From positions 192,880 to 256,879 of the forward strand of contig JBGAIQ010000003.1 in the NCBI GenBank assembly GCA_044225365.1: a stretch of 64,000 nucleotides of DNA. The letters are read 5' to 3'. Each line of letters starts with the position of its first letter. Within the stretch, counting starts at the first letter, position 1. Below are positions 29,626 through 39,505 of the stretch, piece by piece. The position numbers were made by a program, and so were the translations under genes. The DNA comes from Planctomycetota bacterium (GTDB lineage: Bacteria; Planctomycetota; B15-G4; JADJEK01). The notes beneath the pieces are model-generated. The model was not told the DNA's origin and searched no databases. It saw only the letters and a program-made list of their open reading frames with translations.

Positions 29626-30528
29626 TCACAGCGCGAGCAGTCGCTTCGCGTTGCCGTGGAAGATCGCCTCGCGCGTCGCGGCGTCGGCCCCGATCTTCTC
29701 GAGAGCCTCACGCTGCTGCGAGAGCAGGTCGTCCCGCCAACCACGTGGCAGCGTCGACGAATCGGTGCCGAACAAGATGCGGTCCTTCGAGAACACCGGC
29801 AGGGCGCGCGCGAAGACGTCGGCGAGCGTGAGCTTCGACTCCTGCGTCGCAAGCCACGAGTTCGACGACGAGGTGTCGACGTACACGTTCTCGCACTGGC
29901 TGCCGAGCATGAGCGTCTCGCGGAACATCCCCGCGCCGAAGTGTGGGACGACGAAGCGTGCGCGGCGGAAACGGTTCGCCGCGGGCGCGATCAGCAATGG
30001 ATCGGCGAAGCGGAAGTCGTAGGGCCTCGGGATCTCGAGGAGATCGCGGAGCTTCACTTGCAGGAGCCCGCAATGGACGACCGCGATCGCTCCGAGCTCG
30101 TCGACGACCTCGAAGACGGCGGCGGCCTCCGGCCCACTCGGGTCGAAGCGATGCATCGCCGGGAAGAGCAGGATCCCCGAGAATCCATGAGTCGTCAGCA
30201 GCGCCCGTACCTTGTCCTTCGCACCCTCCGCGAGTGGATGGACGAGGGCGAACGTAGTCATCCGACCGGCGGCGAGTCGTTTCGCCTCGACCAGGCTCGC
30301 GACCTCCTCGGGCAGACTCGCGAAGCTCACGAGATGATCGACGCCGCAGCGATCGAGCTCCTTCTTCCACCGTTCCCAGTGCTGCGCCACGTCGCGGCTC
30401 GGCAGTTCGAGGCCGGTCTTCGCAGCGACGCGCGCGAGCTTCTCCTCCGGCGTACCGGGCAGGGGCGAGATCTTCGCGAGCGTCTCGAAGAAGGCGTAGG
30501 AGAAGAAGTGGGAGTGGAAGTCGATCAT
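29626..30528 (-). CDS. Amidohydrolase_2 family metal-dependent hydrolase
   Basis: MIDFHSH (HxH), VHCG, PHFG, YVDTS, LFGTDS, IFHGNAKRLL. True start inside the longer ORF. Confidence 0.88.
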   Translation of the reverse strand: MIDFHSHFFSYAFFETLAKISPLPGTPEEKLARVAAKTGLELPSRDVAQHWERWKKELDRCGVDHLVSFASLPEEVASLVEAKRLAAGRMTTFALVHPLAEGAKDKVRALLTTHGFSGILLFPAMHRFDPSGPEAAAVFEVVDELGAIAVVHCGLLQVKLRDLLEIPRPYDFRFADPLLIAPAANRFRRARFVVPHFGAGMFRETLMLGSQCENVYVDTSSSNSWLATQESKLTLADVFARALPVFSKDRILFGTDSSTLPRGWRDDLLSQQREALEKIGADAATREAIFHGNAKRLLAL

Positions 30529-30569
30529 CGGAGAAAGGATACGGTCGCGCTTCGCGATCGGCCAGACGG

Positions 30570-31859
30570 TCACTTCTTCGGCGGTGCGCGCGAGATCTTC
30601 GTCGCTTTCGAGATCGACCGGATCGCGAGCGCATGAGCGGAGCGGGGATCGAGCGTGACGAACGCACCGTACAGGACCTCGTCGTCCTTCATCGTGCGAA
30701 TCTGCGGCGGCAGCTCGACGTGCGCGTGGCCCGTCGCGTCGATCACGCCCTTGAACGGCGCGTAGGACGAGCAGAACTGCAGCCAAGGATGGACGCCCAC
30801 CGGGACCTTGCGCGATCCGAGATCGAGCTCGGGCTCCTGCACCGGCGAGACATAGACCTGGAACGAGTCGTTCGGCTCGGCAGTGAGCCGCAGGTTCGCC
30901 GGCCGGCCGTCGGCGTCGCGCTCGATCTCGATCGAGATCTCCTTCTTCAAGTTCCGGGTCGGCGCGTACTCGTCGGGGGGCAGTCGCGCCGCAGCGAGCC
31001 CCGCACTTGCGAACGCCTTTACGATGTCGCGCGACTCGAGCTGATAACCCGCTTCCGCCGGATGACTGTCCTCGAACAGGATCGCGTCGTAGCCGTAGGT
31101 TGCCACGTAGTCCTTGAACGCGAGATCGTTGTCGACGAGAAGCACGCGAAGGCGCGACGCGACCTCGCGGGCGGACAGATTGATCGGCGCCATCGCGGTG
31201 TGCTGGCCCGGGTAGGTCATGATCACGGGCGTCGCCTTCGCGGCGCGTACGAGTTCGACGATCGACTCGAGATCCGCCGTCGTGCGGGCGCGCAGTTCGT
31301 CGTCGCTCGTCGTTGCCTTGGGATCGGTGCGCGTGATCGCCGCGACCTCGAGATGGCCGTTGCCCGCGGCGGGGTTGGAACCCGCGCGAAAGTTGTTGAT
31401 CGCGAGGCGGAGGAGACGCAGGACGCGCGAACGGTCGAGGATCGATTCGGCTTCGAGCTTCGATGCCTCGTTCCAGCGATTGTTGATTCCACCGAGCACG
31501 ATGACGATCTGCGGCTCGCACCAGGCGAGCAGCTCCGGGAGCGAGTTCTTGATCTGCGTCGTGTTCTGTCCGGGGATGCCGCGATTCAGCACCTGCCAGT
31601 GCGCGCCATCCGTGCTACACGCGTTCAGCATTCGTTCGAGCTGGCCGGGATACGAGTCCGCCGCGGCCACGCGCACGCCGAACGTATTGGAATCACCGAC
31701 GCAGAGGATGCGCTTCGAATGCAGGTCGACGGGCTCGCTGCGCGTCGCGAGCAAGGTCGCGCGATAGAACTTCGACGACACCTGCAATGCGAGTTCGGCG
31801 AGCAGGAGGGGAACGAGGAGTCCGAATGCGACGAGCGCGAGCTGCCGGATCCGCTTCAC
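30570..31859 (-). CDS. SGNH/GDSL hydrolase with N-terminal TM and C-terminal beta domain
   Basis: VGDSNTFG block I, NRGIPG block II, GGINN block III, DSHP block V. GTG start overlaps the upstream stop. Confidence 0.85.
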   Translation of the reverse strand: MKRIRQLALVAFGLLVPLLLAELALQVSSKFYRATLLATRSEPVDLHSKRILCVGDSNTFGVRVAAADSYPGQLERMLNACSTDGAHWQVLNRGIPGQNTTQIKNSLPELLAWCEPQIVIVLGGINNRWNEASKLEAESILDRSRVLRLLRLAINNFRAGSNPAAGNGHLEVAAITRTDPKATTSDDELRARTTADLESIVELVRAAKATPVIMTYPGQHTAMAPINLSAREVASRLRVLLVDNDLAFKDYVATYGYDAILFEDSHPAEAGYQLESRDIVKAFASAGLAAARLPPDEYAPTRNLKKEISIEIERDADGRPANLRLTAEPNDSFQVYVSPVQEPELDLGSRKVPVGVHPWLQFCSSYAPFKGVIDATGHAHVELPPQIRTMKDDEVLYGAFVTLDPRSAHALAIRSISKATKISRAPPKK

Positions 31860-33493
31860 TGGAATTCCCGCGCCGCGCGCAGCATCCACTTGTAGTACTC
31901 GTCGTACTTCGTGCTCGACGGTTTGCCCCAATCGTTCGCGGCCTGCCGTTGGAACACTTGCTTCGCCGGTTCGAGGTACTTCGCGCGCTCGGCCTCCGGC
32001 ATCTCGGCCGCGACCTCGACCAGCGCCGACGGGATCCAGATGACGACGCCGTCGATCGAATCGCCTTCGCCATGCTTGTTCTTCGACTCGCAACTGAAGT
32101 CGTAGAAGAAGCCGCCTTTCTCGCGCGAGTAGCCCTGATCGACGAGCAGATCGCCGCAGAACTTGAGCAGTTCGCGCGCCTTGTCGTCCTTCGGCGCTTC
32201 CTTCAGGTAGAGCGCGATGGCGGAGGTCGCGACGGCGATCATGAACGGCGTGTCGAACTTCTCGCTCGCCATGTGATCGGCCTTCGGCTCCTGCGGGATG
32301 AACGCCGGGTACGGGCCCGTCATGATCGCGTGCTTGCGGACCGAGTCCATCATGCGCCGCACGCCGTCGAGGTAGCGTTCCTCCCCACTCACCTGATGAG
32401 CGCGCACCAGAAGTCGCGCGACCCAGCCGAAGGCGCGAGCCGAGTGCTGCGTGTGTCCTTCCTCGCGCACATACCCCGTCGAGAGCAACTGCTCGGCGAT
32501 GAGCAGGAGCTCGCGCCGCGCGATGCGCGAGCCGAAGAGCACGTAGGAGGCGTAGAGCTCCTCCACGTTCATGTGCTCGTGGTCCCAGCCATTCTGCGGA
32601 GGCGCCTCGAGTTCGACCTTGGACAGAGCGATGCGTCCGAACGTGTCGCGGTATGGCTTCAGCTCGGGGCGCCCCTCCACGAACCAAGCCTCCGGATGGC
32701 GACTGAACAGGAACGGGCTGCCATCGGCCTCGGAGAGGTGATACGGCCGCCGCGCCTGCGCGATCACGTAGTCCATGAGCCGTGCGAGATAGCGGTCGTC
32801 CTGCGTGAAGTAGTACTTCGCCGCCGCGACCGCGACGTAGCGGCTGCGCGGCGAGCCGGCCGCGTGCGTGCTCGGCTTGGGATCGGGATCGGCGACGGGC
32901 TCGGCGTCCTTGCGCGGCACGCCCGAGACCTTCTTGGGATCGGGCAGCCCCGCCGTGAACGCGGACCACAGATCGGCGCGCGGCGCGAAGCGCGGCGGAC
33001 CCGACGCGAAAGCGATGGCGCATTCGTCGAGGATCGGCCCGTGACCGTCGGCGACCACTTCGCCGCGGAACTCGAGGTGCCACGTAGCATTCACCTTGCC
33101 CGGCGGCTCGGTCATCGAGTCGTTGAGGATCTGGCCTTCGAGGAAATGCGCGCCATCGGAATAGAAGTGGATGAACGCGAGCAGCGACAGGCCGGACTTG
33201 CCCTTGAGGCCTGGCACCACCCCGCGAATGCCGATCACGGACGCTACACCGGGGCGGTCCTCGGTCGGGAACACGTAGGCATCGATTCCCACCTTGGAAT
33301 CGAATCCGAACTTGATGTCGAGTGCGTCGGCGCCCTCGATCTGGATCTTGCCGATCAGGAGATCGCCGGACGGCGCCTTCTTCGCTTCATCGAGCGCAGG
33401 AACGGACCGCGCGGGCAGGGCGTACAGGGCCTGCGGAGCCGCCAAGGAACCCAGGGCGACGATGACTCCACCGAACACGCGCGAACCGATCAT
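31856..33493 (-). CDS. Secreted protein with probable (alpha/alpha) toroid domain, possibly glycan lyase/hydrolase-like
   Basis: Signal peptide; helical repeats EH..VEELY..Y.LFG and RAFGW...LVRAHQVSGEERY, reminiscent of YetA/rhamnogalacturonan-lyase-like barrels. Function is inferred. Confidence 0.6.
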   Translation of the reverse strand: MIGSRVFGGVIVALGSLAAPQALYALPARSVPALDEAKKAPSGDLLIGKIQIEGADALDIKFGFDSKVGIDAYVFPTEDRPGVASVIGIRGVVPGLKGKSGLSLLAFIHFYSDGAHFLEGQILNDSMTEPPGKVNATWHLEFRGEVVADGHGPILDECAIAFASGPPRFAPRADLWSAFTAGLPDPKKVSGVPRKDAEPVADPDPKPSTHAAGSPRSRYVAVAAAKYYFTQDDRYLARLMDYVIAQARRPYHLSEADGSPFLFSRHPEAWFVEGRPELKPYRDTFGRIALSKVELEAPPQNGWDHEHMNVEELYASYVLFGSRIARRELLLIAEQLLSTGYVREEGHTQHSARAFGWVARLLVRAHQVSGEERYLDGVRRMMDSVRKHAIMTGPYPAFIPQEPKADHMASEKFDTPFMIAVATSAIALYLKEAPKDDKARELLKFCGDLLVDQGYSREKGGFFYDFSCESKNKHGEGDSIDGVVIWIPSALVEVAAEMPEAERAKYLEPAKQVFQRQAANDWGKPSSTKYDEYYKWMLRAAREFQ

Positions 33494-33540
33494 CGAATTC
33501 TCCGGCAAGCCGATCGTGCATCCGACCGTAGAAGGGCGCC

Positions 33541-33664
33541 TTCGACTCTAAGATTCGTCAAATCACGTAGGAAGCCTTCTGCCCTTTCGTCCCCGCTTTC
33601 GAACGTCGTTCGCGAATCGATGGCGGAGGAGAGTTGGATCGAGGCGGTTCGACTCTAAGATTCG
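33541..33664. repeat. Exact 17-nt direct repeat TTCGACTCTAAGATTCG in a divergent intergenic region
   Basis: Copies at 33541-33557 and 33648-33664. Confidence 0.85.
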
Positions 33665-33792
33665 ACGCGTTGGCCAGCCGATGTTCTTCTCGTGATCCGA
33701 GATCGCGGGGATCAAAAAGCGCGCGATCCCGCGCGAGCACGAAGGTAGCCTAGGGCGCCGCGAATCGTCCGGTGCGTAACAGGAGCGTCAGA

Positions 33793-34530
33793 ATGAAGTG
33801 CCCGGTCCTGCGAATCCGATCGTTCTTCCTGGCCGCGACCCTTGGCATCGCGGCGGTCGGATGCAACGCTCCCCTCGAGCGCACCCATTCGAACGGTCAT
33901 CTCTCGTACGCCGCCGCGCGCGGCTACGACTTCATGGACATGTTCGAAGTCAACGTGGCGGCCGGCGTCGGCCTCCAGGCCGCCGTCGAGATCACGCCGG
34001 TGCGCGTCGCATACGGCTACTACGACGTGACGAAGATGGGCACGATGGGCCGCAGTTGCGGCGTGTGGGACGAGGTCCGCAAGGAGTTCTTCTTCGTCCA
34101 CAGCTTCATGTACTGGGAGAAGCAGCCCTGCTACGGCGACGATTTCTTGTTCGACGCCGACGAGATGCATCTCAAGAACCAGCAGCGCGGGGTGAAGGAC
34201 CACACGCGCGAGCGCTTCTACGAGAAGTGGGATTGGACGACGCGCTACGAGGACTGGGAGCGCCCGTGGCTCGACTGCGTACTCGAAGCGCACGCCCTGT
34301 TCCTCGGCGCGGAACTCGCGTTCTCCCCGCAGGAATGCGCCGACTTCTTCCTCGGCATCATCGGGGTCGACACCGTGTCCCATGACGACTGGCGAGCCGC
34401 CGATCGCGCGCTCGAGCCGGTCAGCATCCCGGGCCAGGGCGCGCCGCCCACGTTCGATCCGCCGCCGACCCCGACGCCGCACCCGATCGACCCGTCGAAT
34501 CCGCCGCCGCCGCCGACGCACGGAAACTGA
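33793..34530 (+). CDS. Hypothetical lipoprotein with Pro-rich tail
   Basis: Signal with lipobox AVG-C; aromatic-rich body; C-terminal PPPTPTPHP...PPPPP. Confidence 0.75.
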   Translation: MKCPVLRIRSFFLAATLGIAAVGCNAPLERTHSNGHLSYAAARGYDFMDMFEVNVAAGVGLQAAVEITPVRVAYGYYDVTKMGTMGRSCGVWDEVRKEFFFVHSFMYWEKQPCYGDDFLFDADEMHLKNQQRGVKDHTRERFYEKWDWTTRYEDWERPWLDCVLEAHALFLGAELAFSPQECADFFLGIIGVDTVSHDDWRAADRALEPVSIPGQGAPPTFDPPPTPTPHPIDPSNPPPPPTHGN

Positions 34531-34552
34531 GCTTCATCGCCTTGCGCGAACG

Positions 34553-34581
34553 GAAGGGCCGCGACAGAATCGCGGCCCTTC
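34553..34581 (+). terminator. 12-bp perfect hairpin after the lipoprotein gene
   Basis: GAAGGGCCGCGA-cagaa-TCGCGGCCCTTC; no U-tract. Confidence 0.55.
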
Positions 34582-34677
34582 GCATTGCAGGAGTTCGCAC
34601 CGTCGCGGCGACGCCGCGGGTCGCGCATTCGATTCGGCGTTCAGAGCGATTCACGCGTTCCAACAGGGATCCACCCC

Positions 34678-35286
34678 ATGGCACTACGGCCGAGCGGTTC
34701 GTTTCGCCGCTATCTCACCCCCGGTTTCCGTCCGAAGAGCGACGACGATCGCATCTACGAGAAGCTGCGCGAGAATCGCTTCAAGGCGATCGACGATCAG
34801 CCGGTCGCAACGCCTTCGTTCGGTTGGGTCGCGGCGCAGTCGTTCGCCTCGTCCGACTTCCGGCCCGAGACGGTGTTCTTCGGTCCCGTCATTCGCCTTC
34901 GGATCCGCGTCGACTCCAAGAAGCTGCCTCCGAACGCGGTGAAGCTGCGCCTCCACGAAGCCGTCCGCGAGAGCGGCGGCAAGGTGGCCACCTCGGCGAA
35001 GACGAAGCTGCGCGAGGAGATCGAGAAGGAACTGCTTTCGCGCACGGTGCCGGGCACGAAACTCATCGACGTGTTCTGGCGACCGATGGATCAGGTCCTG
35101 CTGCTCGCCGCGACGTCGAACGCCGCGGCCGAGGTGTTCACCGCGCTCTTCAAGAAGACGTTCGGCCACAATGCGATGCCGGCGCTGCCGATCGAACTCG
35201 CGGAGCGACTCGTCGGGAAGGAGATCGGTCTCGATCGCCTGAAGCGTTTGTCCCCGTTCCAGATCGTCGCCGCGGAAGAGGATTGA
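34678..35286 (+). CDS. Recombination-associated protein RdgC-like (N-terminal part)
   Basis: SFRRY, F..ID...SFGWV, IRVDSKKLP, K.KLREEI..ELL.R..P, F..LFKKTFG. Start ATG 34678. Confidence 0.72.
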   Translation: MALRPSGSFRRYLTPGFRPKSDDDRIYEKLRENRFKAIDDQPVATPSFGWVAAQSFASSDFRPETVFFGPVIRLRIRVDSKKLPPNAVKLRLHEAVRESGGKVATSAKTKLREEIEKELLSRTVPGTKLIDVFWRPMDQVLLLAATSNAAAEVFTALFKKTFGHNAMPALPIELAERLVGKEIGLDRLKRLSPFQIVAAEED

Positions 35287-35289
35287 TCG

Positions 35290-35844
35290 ATGCCCGCACC
35301 TGAGAAGAATGCCCTCGATGAATTCGGCTTCCTCGGCGAAGAGTTCCTGCTGTGGCTGTGGTTCTCCGCGGAGAAGCGCGGCGGCCTCCACGTCGTCGGC
35401 GGAGAGGATCGCGTCGGCATCGCGCTCGACAAGCTGCTCGAGTTCTACGATGAGAACGGCGGCGTGAAGGTCGCGGTGCGCGGCGACGCGCCCACGCGCG
35501 CGCCCGAAGCGCGCGAAGCGCTGCGTCGCGGGATGCGACTCGCTCGCGCGGGCCTGCTCGTCACGATCGGCGAGGAGAACGTGACGCTCGTCCTCGACGG
35601 GCCGTCGTTCGAGTTGCGTTCGTTGAAGGGCGAGAAGCCCGAGGCCGACACGAAGGAAGAACGCGATCACGCCGTGCTCGCGATGTTGTTCGGGATCGCC
35701 GACGCGCTCGAGCGCGTTTTCAAGCTGTTCCTCGAAGAACGCGTGAAGTCGAACTTCAGCAGTGGACTCGGCGCCGAGATGCGAAAATGGGCCGCCAGCG
35801 AGCGAATTCCGAAGGCCGCAATGCGAGCAGCAACAGCGGATTGA
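35290..35844 (+). CDS. RdgC C-terminal-like partner protein
   Basis: FLGEEFLLWLWF, EAREALRRG, F.LFL..R; lies 3 nt after the RdgC-like gene. Confidence 0.68.
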   Translation: MPAPEKNALDEFGFLGEEFLLWLWFSAEKRGGLHVVGGEDRVGIALDKLLEFYDENGGVKVAVRGDAPTRAPEAREALRRGMRLARAGLLVTIGEENVTLVLDGPSFELRSLKGEKPEADTKEERDHAVLAMLFGIADALERVFKLFLEERVKSNFSSGLGAEMRKWAASERIPKAAMRAATAD

Positions 35845-35932
35845 GACCGTTCCAGGCGGCACGGAGCGCTTCTGCCGAGACAATGCGCGGAGCCAACGGA
35901 TTCAGGAAACGACCCTTTCGAAAGGATCCCCG

Positions 35933-37219
35933 ATGAACGTCGTCGCCTCCTCCGTCGCCGTCCTCTTCGCGTCCGGTCTTGCGCTCGCCGATGTCCCCAA
36001 GGGCAAGCCCACCCTCCTCTCCAAGGATCCGACCGGCGGCGGTGCGCTCGGCGCACACAGTCGGGATCCCGCGATCAGCGCGAACGGCCGCTATGTCGCG
36101 TTCGTCACACTCTCGGACACGCTCGTCGGCGCTCCCGCGAACGGGCTCTCTCAAGTGGTCGTGCTCGATCGAGTGGCGGGAACCTATCAGCTCGCGAGCC
36201 GCGCCCTAGCGGGCGGCCCCGTGAACGATAACTGCCAGAGCGTCGGGATCTCGAGCGATGGACGCTACGTCGTATTCCAAACCGCTGCGACGAATCTCGC
36301 GTTGTTCGACGCCAGCACCGACAAGGACGTCTACCGCTACGACCGGCAGACGCAGACCGTGCTGCGCGTCTCGACCAACAGTCAGGGGCAGAAGGCGAAC
36401 GACGACTCGTCGAATCCCGCGATCTCCGGTGATGGCCGCTTCGTCGCGTTCCAGTCCCTCGCGACGAATCTCGGCGGCACGTCGAACGGGAAGTCCCAGG
36501 TCTACCTGCGCGACATGACGCTCGGCACCACCTCGATGCTCTCGGTGACCGCGCAGAGTCAGGGCGGCAACGACGATTCGACCGAACCGACGATCAGCGA
36601 CGACGGAGAGAAGATCACGTTCGTGAGTGAAGCCGACGACCTGGGCGATGCCGCAGCATCCCTCGGCCTCAGCAATATCTGGCTGCGCGATCTCACGCAG
36701 AACACGCTCACCATGGTCTCCAAGTCGCACGTGAGTTCGGCCGTTCCCGACAAGTTCTCGAGCTTCGGGTCGATCTCGTCGGATGGGCGATACGTCGCGT
36801 TCTCGTCGGGCGCGAGCAATCTGGTGCCAAGCGATCCCAACGGGAACGGCGTCGACATCTTCCTCTACGACACGAAGAAGAACAAGCTGACCCGCATCGA
36901 GGTGGACCTGCCCGGCGTGTTCGAGGACAGCATCGACAAGGTCGTTCCGAACAAGAAGGCGAAGTTCATCTCGTTTCGCGTCGCGGAGAACGTGCAGCAC
37001 GGCAGCAACGACGCGATCGGCCTCCTCGACGTGAAGAAGAAGACGGTCAAGCTCCTGTCGAAGTTGCCCAATTCCGCGGGCGGCGGGAACGCCGATGATG
37101 GCTCGAACAACGACTCGGCGATCTCGAGCAACGGCAAGTACGTCGCGTTCGACTCGGCCTCCTCCCTGATCGGACCGGACCACGACGTGTTCGCGGACGT
37201 CTTCCTCTTCAAGCGCTGA
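35933..37219 (+). CDS. Secreted TolB-like/PD40 beta-propeller protein
   Basis: Signal peptide; about 6-7 repeats of P.IS.DGRYVAF.S.A.NL. Confidence 0.88.
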   Translation: MNVVASSVAVLFASGLALADVPKGKPTLLSKDPTGGGALGAHSRDPAISANGRYVAFVTLSDTLVGAPANGLSQVVVLDRVAGTYQLASRALAGGPVNDNCQSVGISSDGRYVVFQTAATNLALFDASTDKDVYRYDRQTQTVLRVSTNSQGQKANDDSSNPAISGDGRFVAFQSLATNLGGTSNGKSQVYLRDMTLGTTSMLSVTAQSQGGNDDSTEPTISDDGEKITFVSEADDLGDAAASLGLSNIWLRDLTQNTLTMVSKSHVSSAVPDKFSSFGSISSDGRYVAFSSGASNLVPSDPNGNGVDIFLYDTKKNKLTRIEVDLPGVFEDSIDKVVPNKKAKFISFRVAENVQHGSNDAIGLLDVKKKTVKLLSKLPNSAGGGNADDGSNNDSAISSNGKYVAFDSASSLIGPDHDVFADVFLFKR

Positions 37220-37291
37220 ATCGTTCGCAGCCGCGTTACGTCGGGAGCCGAGGGGGTTAGAATAATCCGCGTCGGAGAACCGAGGGAGACG

Positions 37292-39403
37292 ATGAGCGCG
37301 CGCAAATCGACGATCGGAGTCTGCGTGCTTGGCCTCGTCGTGGCGAGCGGAATCCTCGTCTGCGAATTCCTATTCCGCGAGGACGTAGCGCCGGTCGCTG
37401 CACCGCAACGAAACGTCGCCATCCCCCGAGAGGAGCCACCGGAAGCGCCCGCGCCCCGAGTCGTCGACGCGCCGACGAGTCCGCGCGCGACCGTCGCGGG
37501 CCTTGTCCGGCCAAGCGTAGGTTCGATCGTCGAGGGTCGTGTTCTCGACTCCGAGGGCACGACGATCGAGAATGCGCACGTCGTCCTCGACGTCTTCGAC
37601 CCGACACCGAATCACGTGGGCGAGTTCGCGCCCGACGTCGACGCCTTCCTCGCCGTTCGCTCCATCGACGCGCGAATCGTCCAGCACCTCGAGACGACGA
37701 GCGATACTCACGGGAACTTCCGCTTCACCGACGTCGTCGAGAGCGACCCGAATTGCCTCTCGCTCCATCGCGACCGGGTCACGGTCGACGCGAAGGGCTA
37801 CGCGACGACGGCGGCCTACCCGTTCCTGCGACGGGCGGTCGACATCGAACTGAAGCGACGAGACGTCGTCCTCGTCACGGTGCGCGAGGACGCCAACGAC
37901 GAACTCGTGCGGAACGAGGTCGTCGCGATCGTCGGCAACGACGGCAAGGCGCAGGTGACCACGACGGACGACACGGGACGATTCCGCACGCAGGAACCGC
38001 TGACCGAGGGATCCGCGACGTTCGTGCTGTTCCGTCCGGGCCACGGTGTCGTCGCGACGACCGCTGCGGTTCGCGGCAACCTCGCCGAGGTCGAGTTCCC
38101 TTCGTACCCGACGTACGTGCTCTCGTTCGTCGACGCCGACGATTCGACGACGCTCTCGGGCGTGCTGGTGCACGATCTCGATACCGCGAGATTCGAGGCG
38201 ACGTCGGTCCTCGCGCGCCCGATCGGCGCGAGCGACGCGGCCGGCGAGCTCCGGATCGACGACCTGCAGCCCACCTCCGGCATCCTCGTCGAACGTCGTG
38301 GCTACGCGCCGCGACCCGTTCTCGTCGCGGCGTCGAAGAGCGGTTTCAACGCGATCGAGAAGCAGACGATCGAGATGACGAAGACCGTCAGTGTGAAAGG
38401 GCGACTCATCGACCGCTTCGGCAAGCCGCTCGCCGAGGTACCGGTCGGAGATCCCCTGATCGTCGACTTCGCCGTGACGTATTTTGCGGGCGCTCGCACG
38501 CCGCTCCCCGCGCCGTGGCTCGGCTCCCTGCTCACCGTCTTTCCGTCGGAGCGGGCAATGGGAGCCGCGCGGCCGACGACCGACCACGAGGGCCGGTTCG
38601 CGATCGAAGTGCGCGCATCGCAATACGTGTCTGCGATCACGGTCGGCGAGCCCCAATGCCCGGCGTATCGGACGGCACTGCGCGCCGTGAAGCCCTGGCC
38701 GCCCGGCAGTGCGATCGATCTCGGCGAGGTGAGCATCGATCCTTCGGCTCTCGTTCCTCCCGAGACGAAGGATCCGGATCGCGATGCGAAGTTCGTGCTG
38801 TTCCCCGTTTCGGCGGATGGTCAGGACGGCCGGCCCGTTGCGAATGCATGTTTCGACGTCCTGGTGCAGGACGGCCGGATTCGCGATCGCGAAGAACTGG
38901 CCGGATTCGGCTTCACCGATTCGAACGGCAATCTCAGAGTCCTGCTTCCCAAGGCAGCGTACGTGGTCGCTCGTGCGGTCCATTTCGACGGCTTCCAGTC
39001 GATGGAGTTCCGGTTCGATTCCTTCGGCCGGACGACGCGGACTTCCGGAAGCAACGTGGCTCGACTCTCCGACCTCGCTCCGGTCCGCGTGACGCTCACC
39101 GATGCCGAGGGCCGCGCACCGAAGGACCCGCTCGAGATCGGGTTCGCGACGAGCGACGACCCTGCTTCGAGGTTTGCGCCGTACGGATTGGAACGCGCGA
39201 TCACCGTCGCCGCCGACGGCAGCTTCGTCCTCCGCTTCCCGCGGAGTTGCCTCAGTCGCAGCATGCGCCTCGCCGCTCGGCGCGCGGGAAGCCGGGGCGA
39301 CTTCGTGCTCATCGGAAGCATCGCGCCCGAGGCAGCCGGGAACGACGGTCGCGAATCGACACCGATCGAGCGCGTCGTCGACGCGCGAAAACGCTGGCGT
39401 TGA
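37292..39403 (+). CDS. Membrane-anchored carboxypeptidase-regulatory-like domain protein (array member 1)
   Basis: N-terminal TM, Pro linker, VEGRVLDSEG, TTDDTGRF, KGRLIDRFGKP, TDHEGRF repeats; TAGAAT -10 at 37258-37263. Confidence 0.78.
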   Translation: MSARKSTIGVCVLGLVVASGILVCEFLFREDVAPVAAPQRNVAIPREEPPEAPAPRVVDAPTSPRATVAGLVRPSVGSIVEGRVLDSEGTTIENAHVVLDVFDPTPNHVGEFAPDVDAFLAVRSIDARIVQHLETTSDTHGNFRFTDVVESDPNCLSLHRDRVTVDAKGYATTAAYPFLRRAVDIELKRRDVVLVTVREDANDELVRNEVVAIVGNDGKAQVTTTDDTGRFRTQEPLTEGSATFVLFRPGHGVVATTAAVRGNLAEVEFPSYPTYVLSFVDADDSTTLSGVLVHDLDTARFEATSVLARPIGASDAAGELRIDDLQPTSGILVERRGYAPRPVLVAASKSGFNAIEKQTIEMTKTVSVKGRLIDRFGKPLAEVPVGDPLIVDFAVTYFAGARTPLPAPWLGSLLTVFPSERAMGAARPTTDHEGRFAIEVRASQYVSAITVGEPQCPAYRTALRAVKPWPPGSAIDLGEVSIDPSALVPPETKDPDRDAKFVLFPVSADGQDGRPVANACFDVLVQDGRIRDREELAGFGFTDSNGNLRVLLPKAAYVVARAVHFDGFQSMEFRFDSFGRTTRTSGSNVARLSDLAPVRVTLTDAEGRAPKDPLEIGFATSDDPASRFAPYGLERAITVAADGSFVLRFPRSCLSRSMRLAARRAGSRGDFVLIGSIAPEAAGNDGRESTPIERVVDARKRWR

Positions 39404-39505
39404 GGTAGGATCGTCCGCGAGAGAAGGCCGGCAAAGGAGCGTGCCGAAGGGAAGAACAGGAAGCCCTTCGATCCCACGCAAGAGAACGCGCCGGGTGAAG
39501 GTGAT

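Noticed and set aside
27132-33083. ORF-track long versions of the sulfatase (906 aa), amidohydrolase (631 aa) and SGNH (837 aa) as fusion proteins
   Set aside because: The N-terminal extensions overlap upstream genes in other frames; true starts are 29597, 30528 and 31859.
27004-33500. Genomic island integrated at tRNA-Ala
   Set aside because: No integrase, no duplicated tRNA 3' end noticed, no evident compositional shift.
33620-33665. GGTTCGACTC T-loop-like word suggesting a tRNA
   Set aside because: No cloverleaf can be folded around it; the word is part of the 17-nt repeat.
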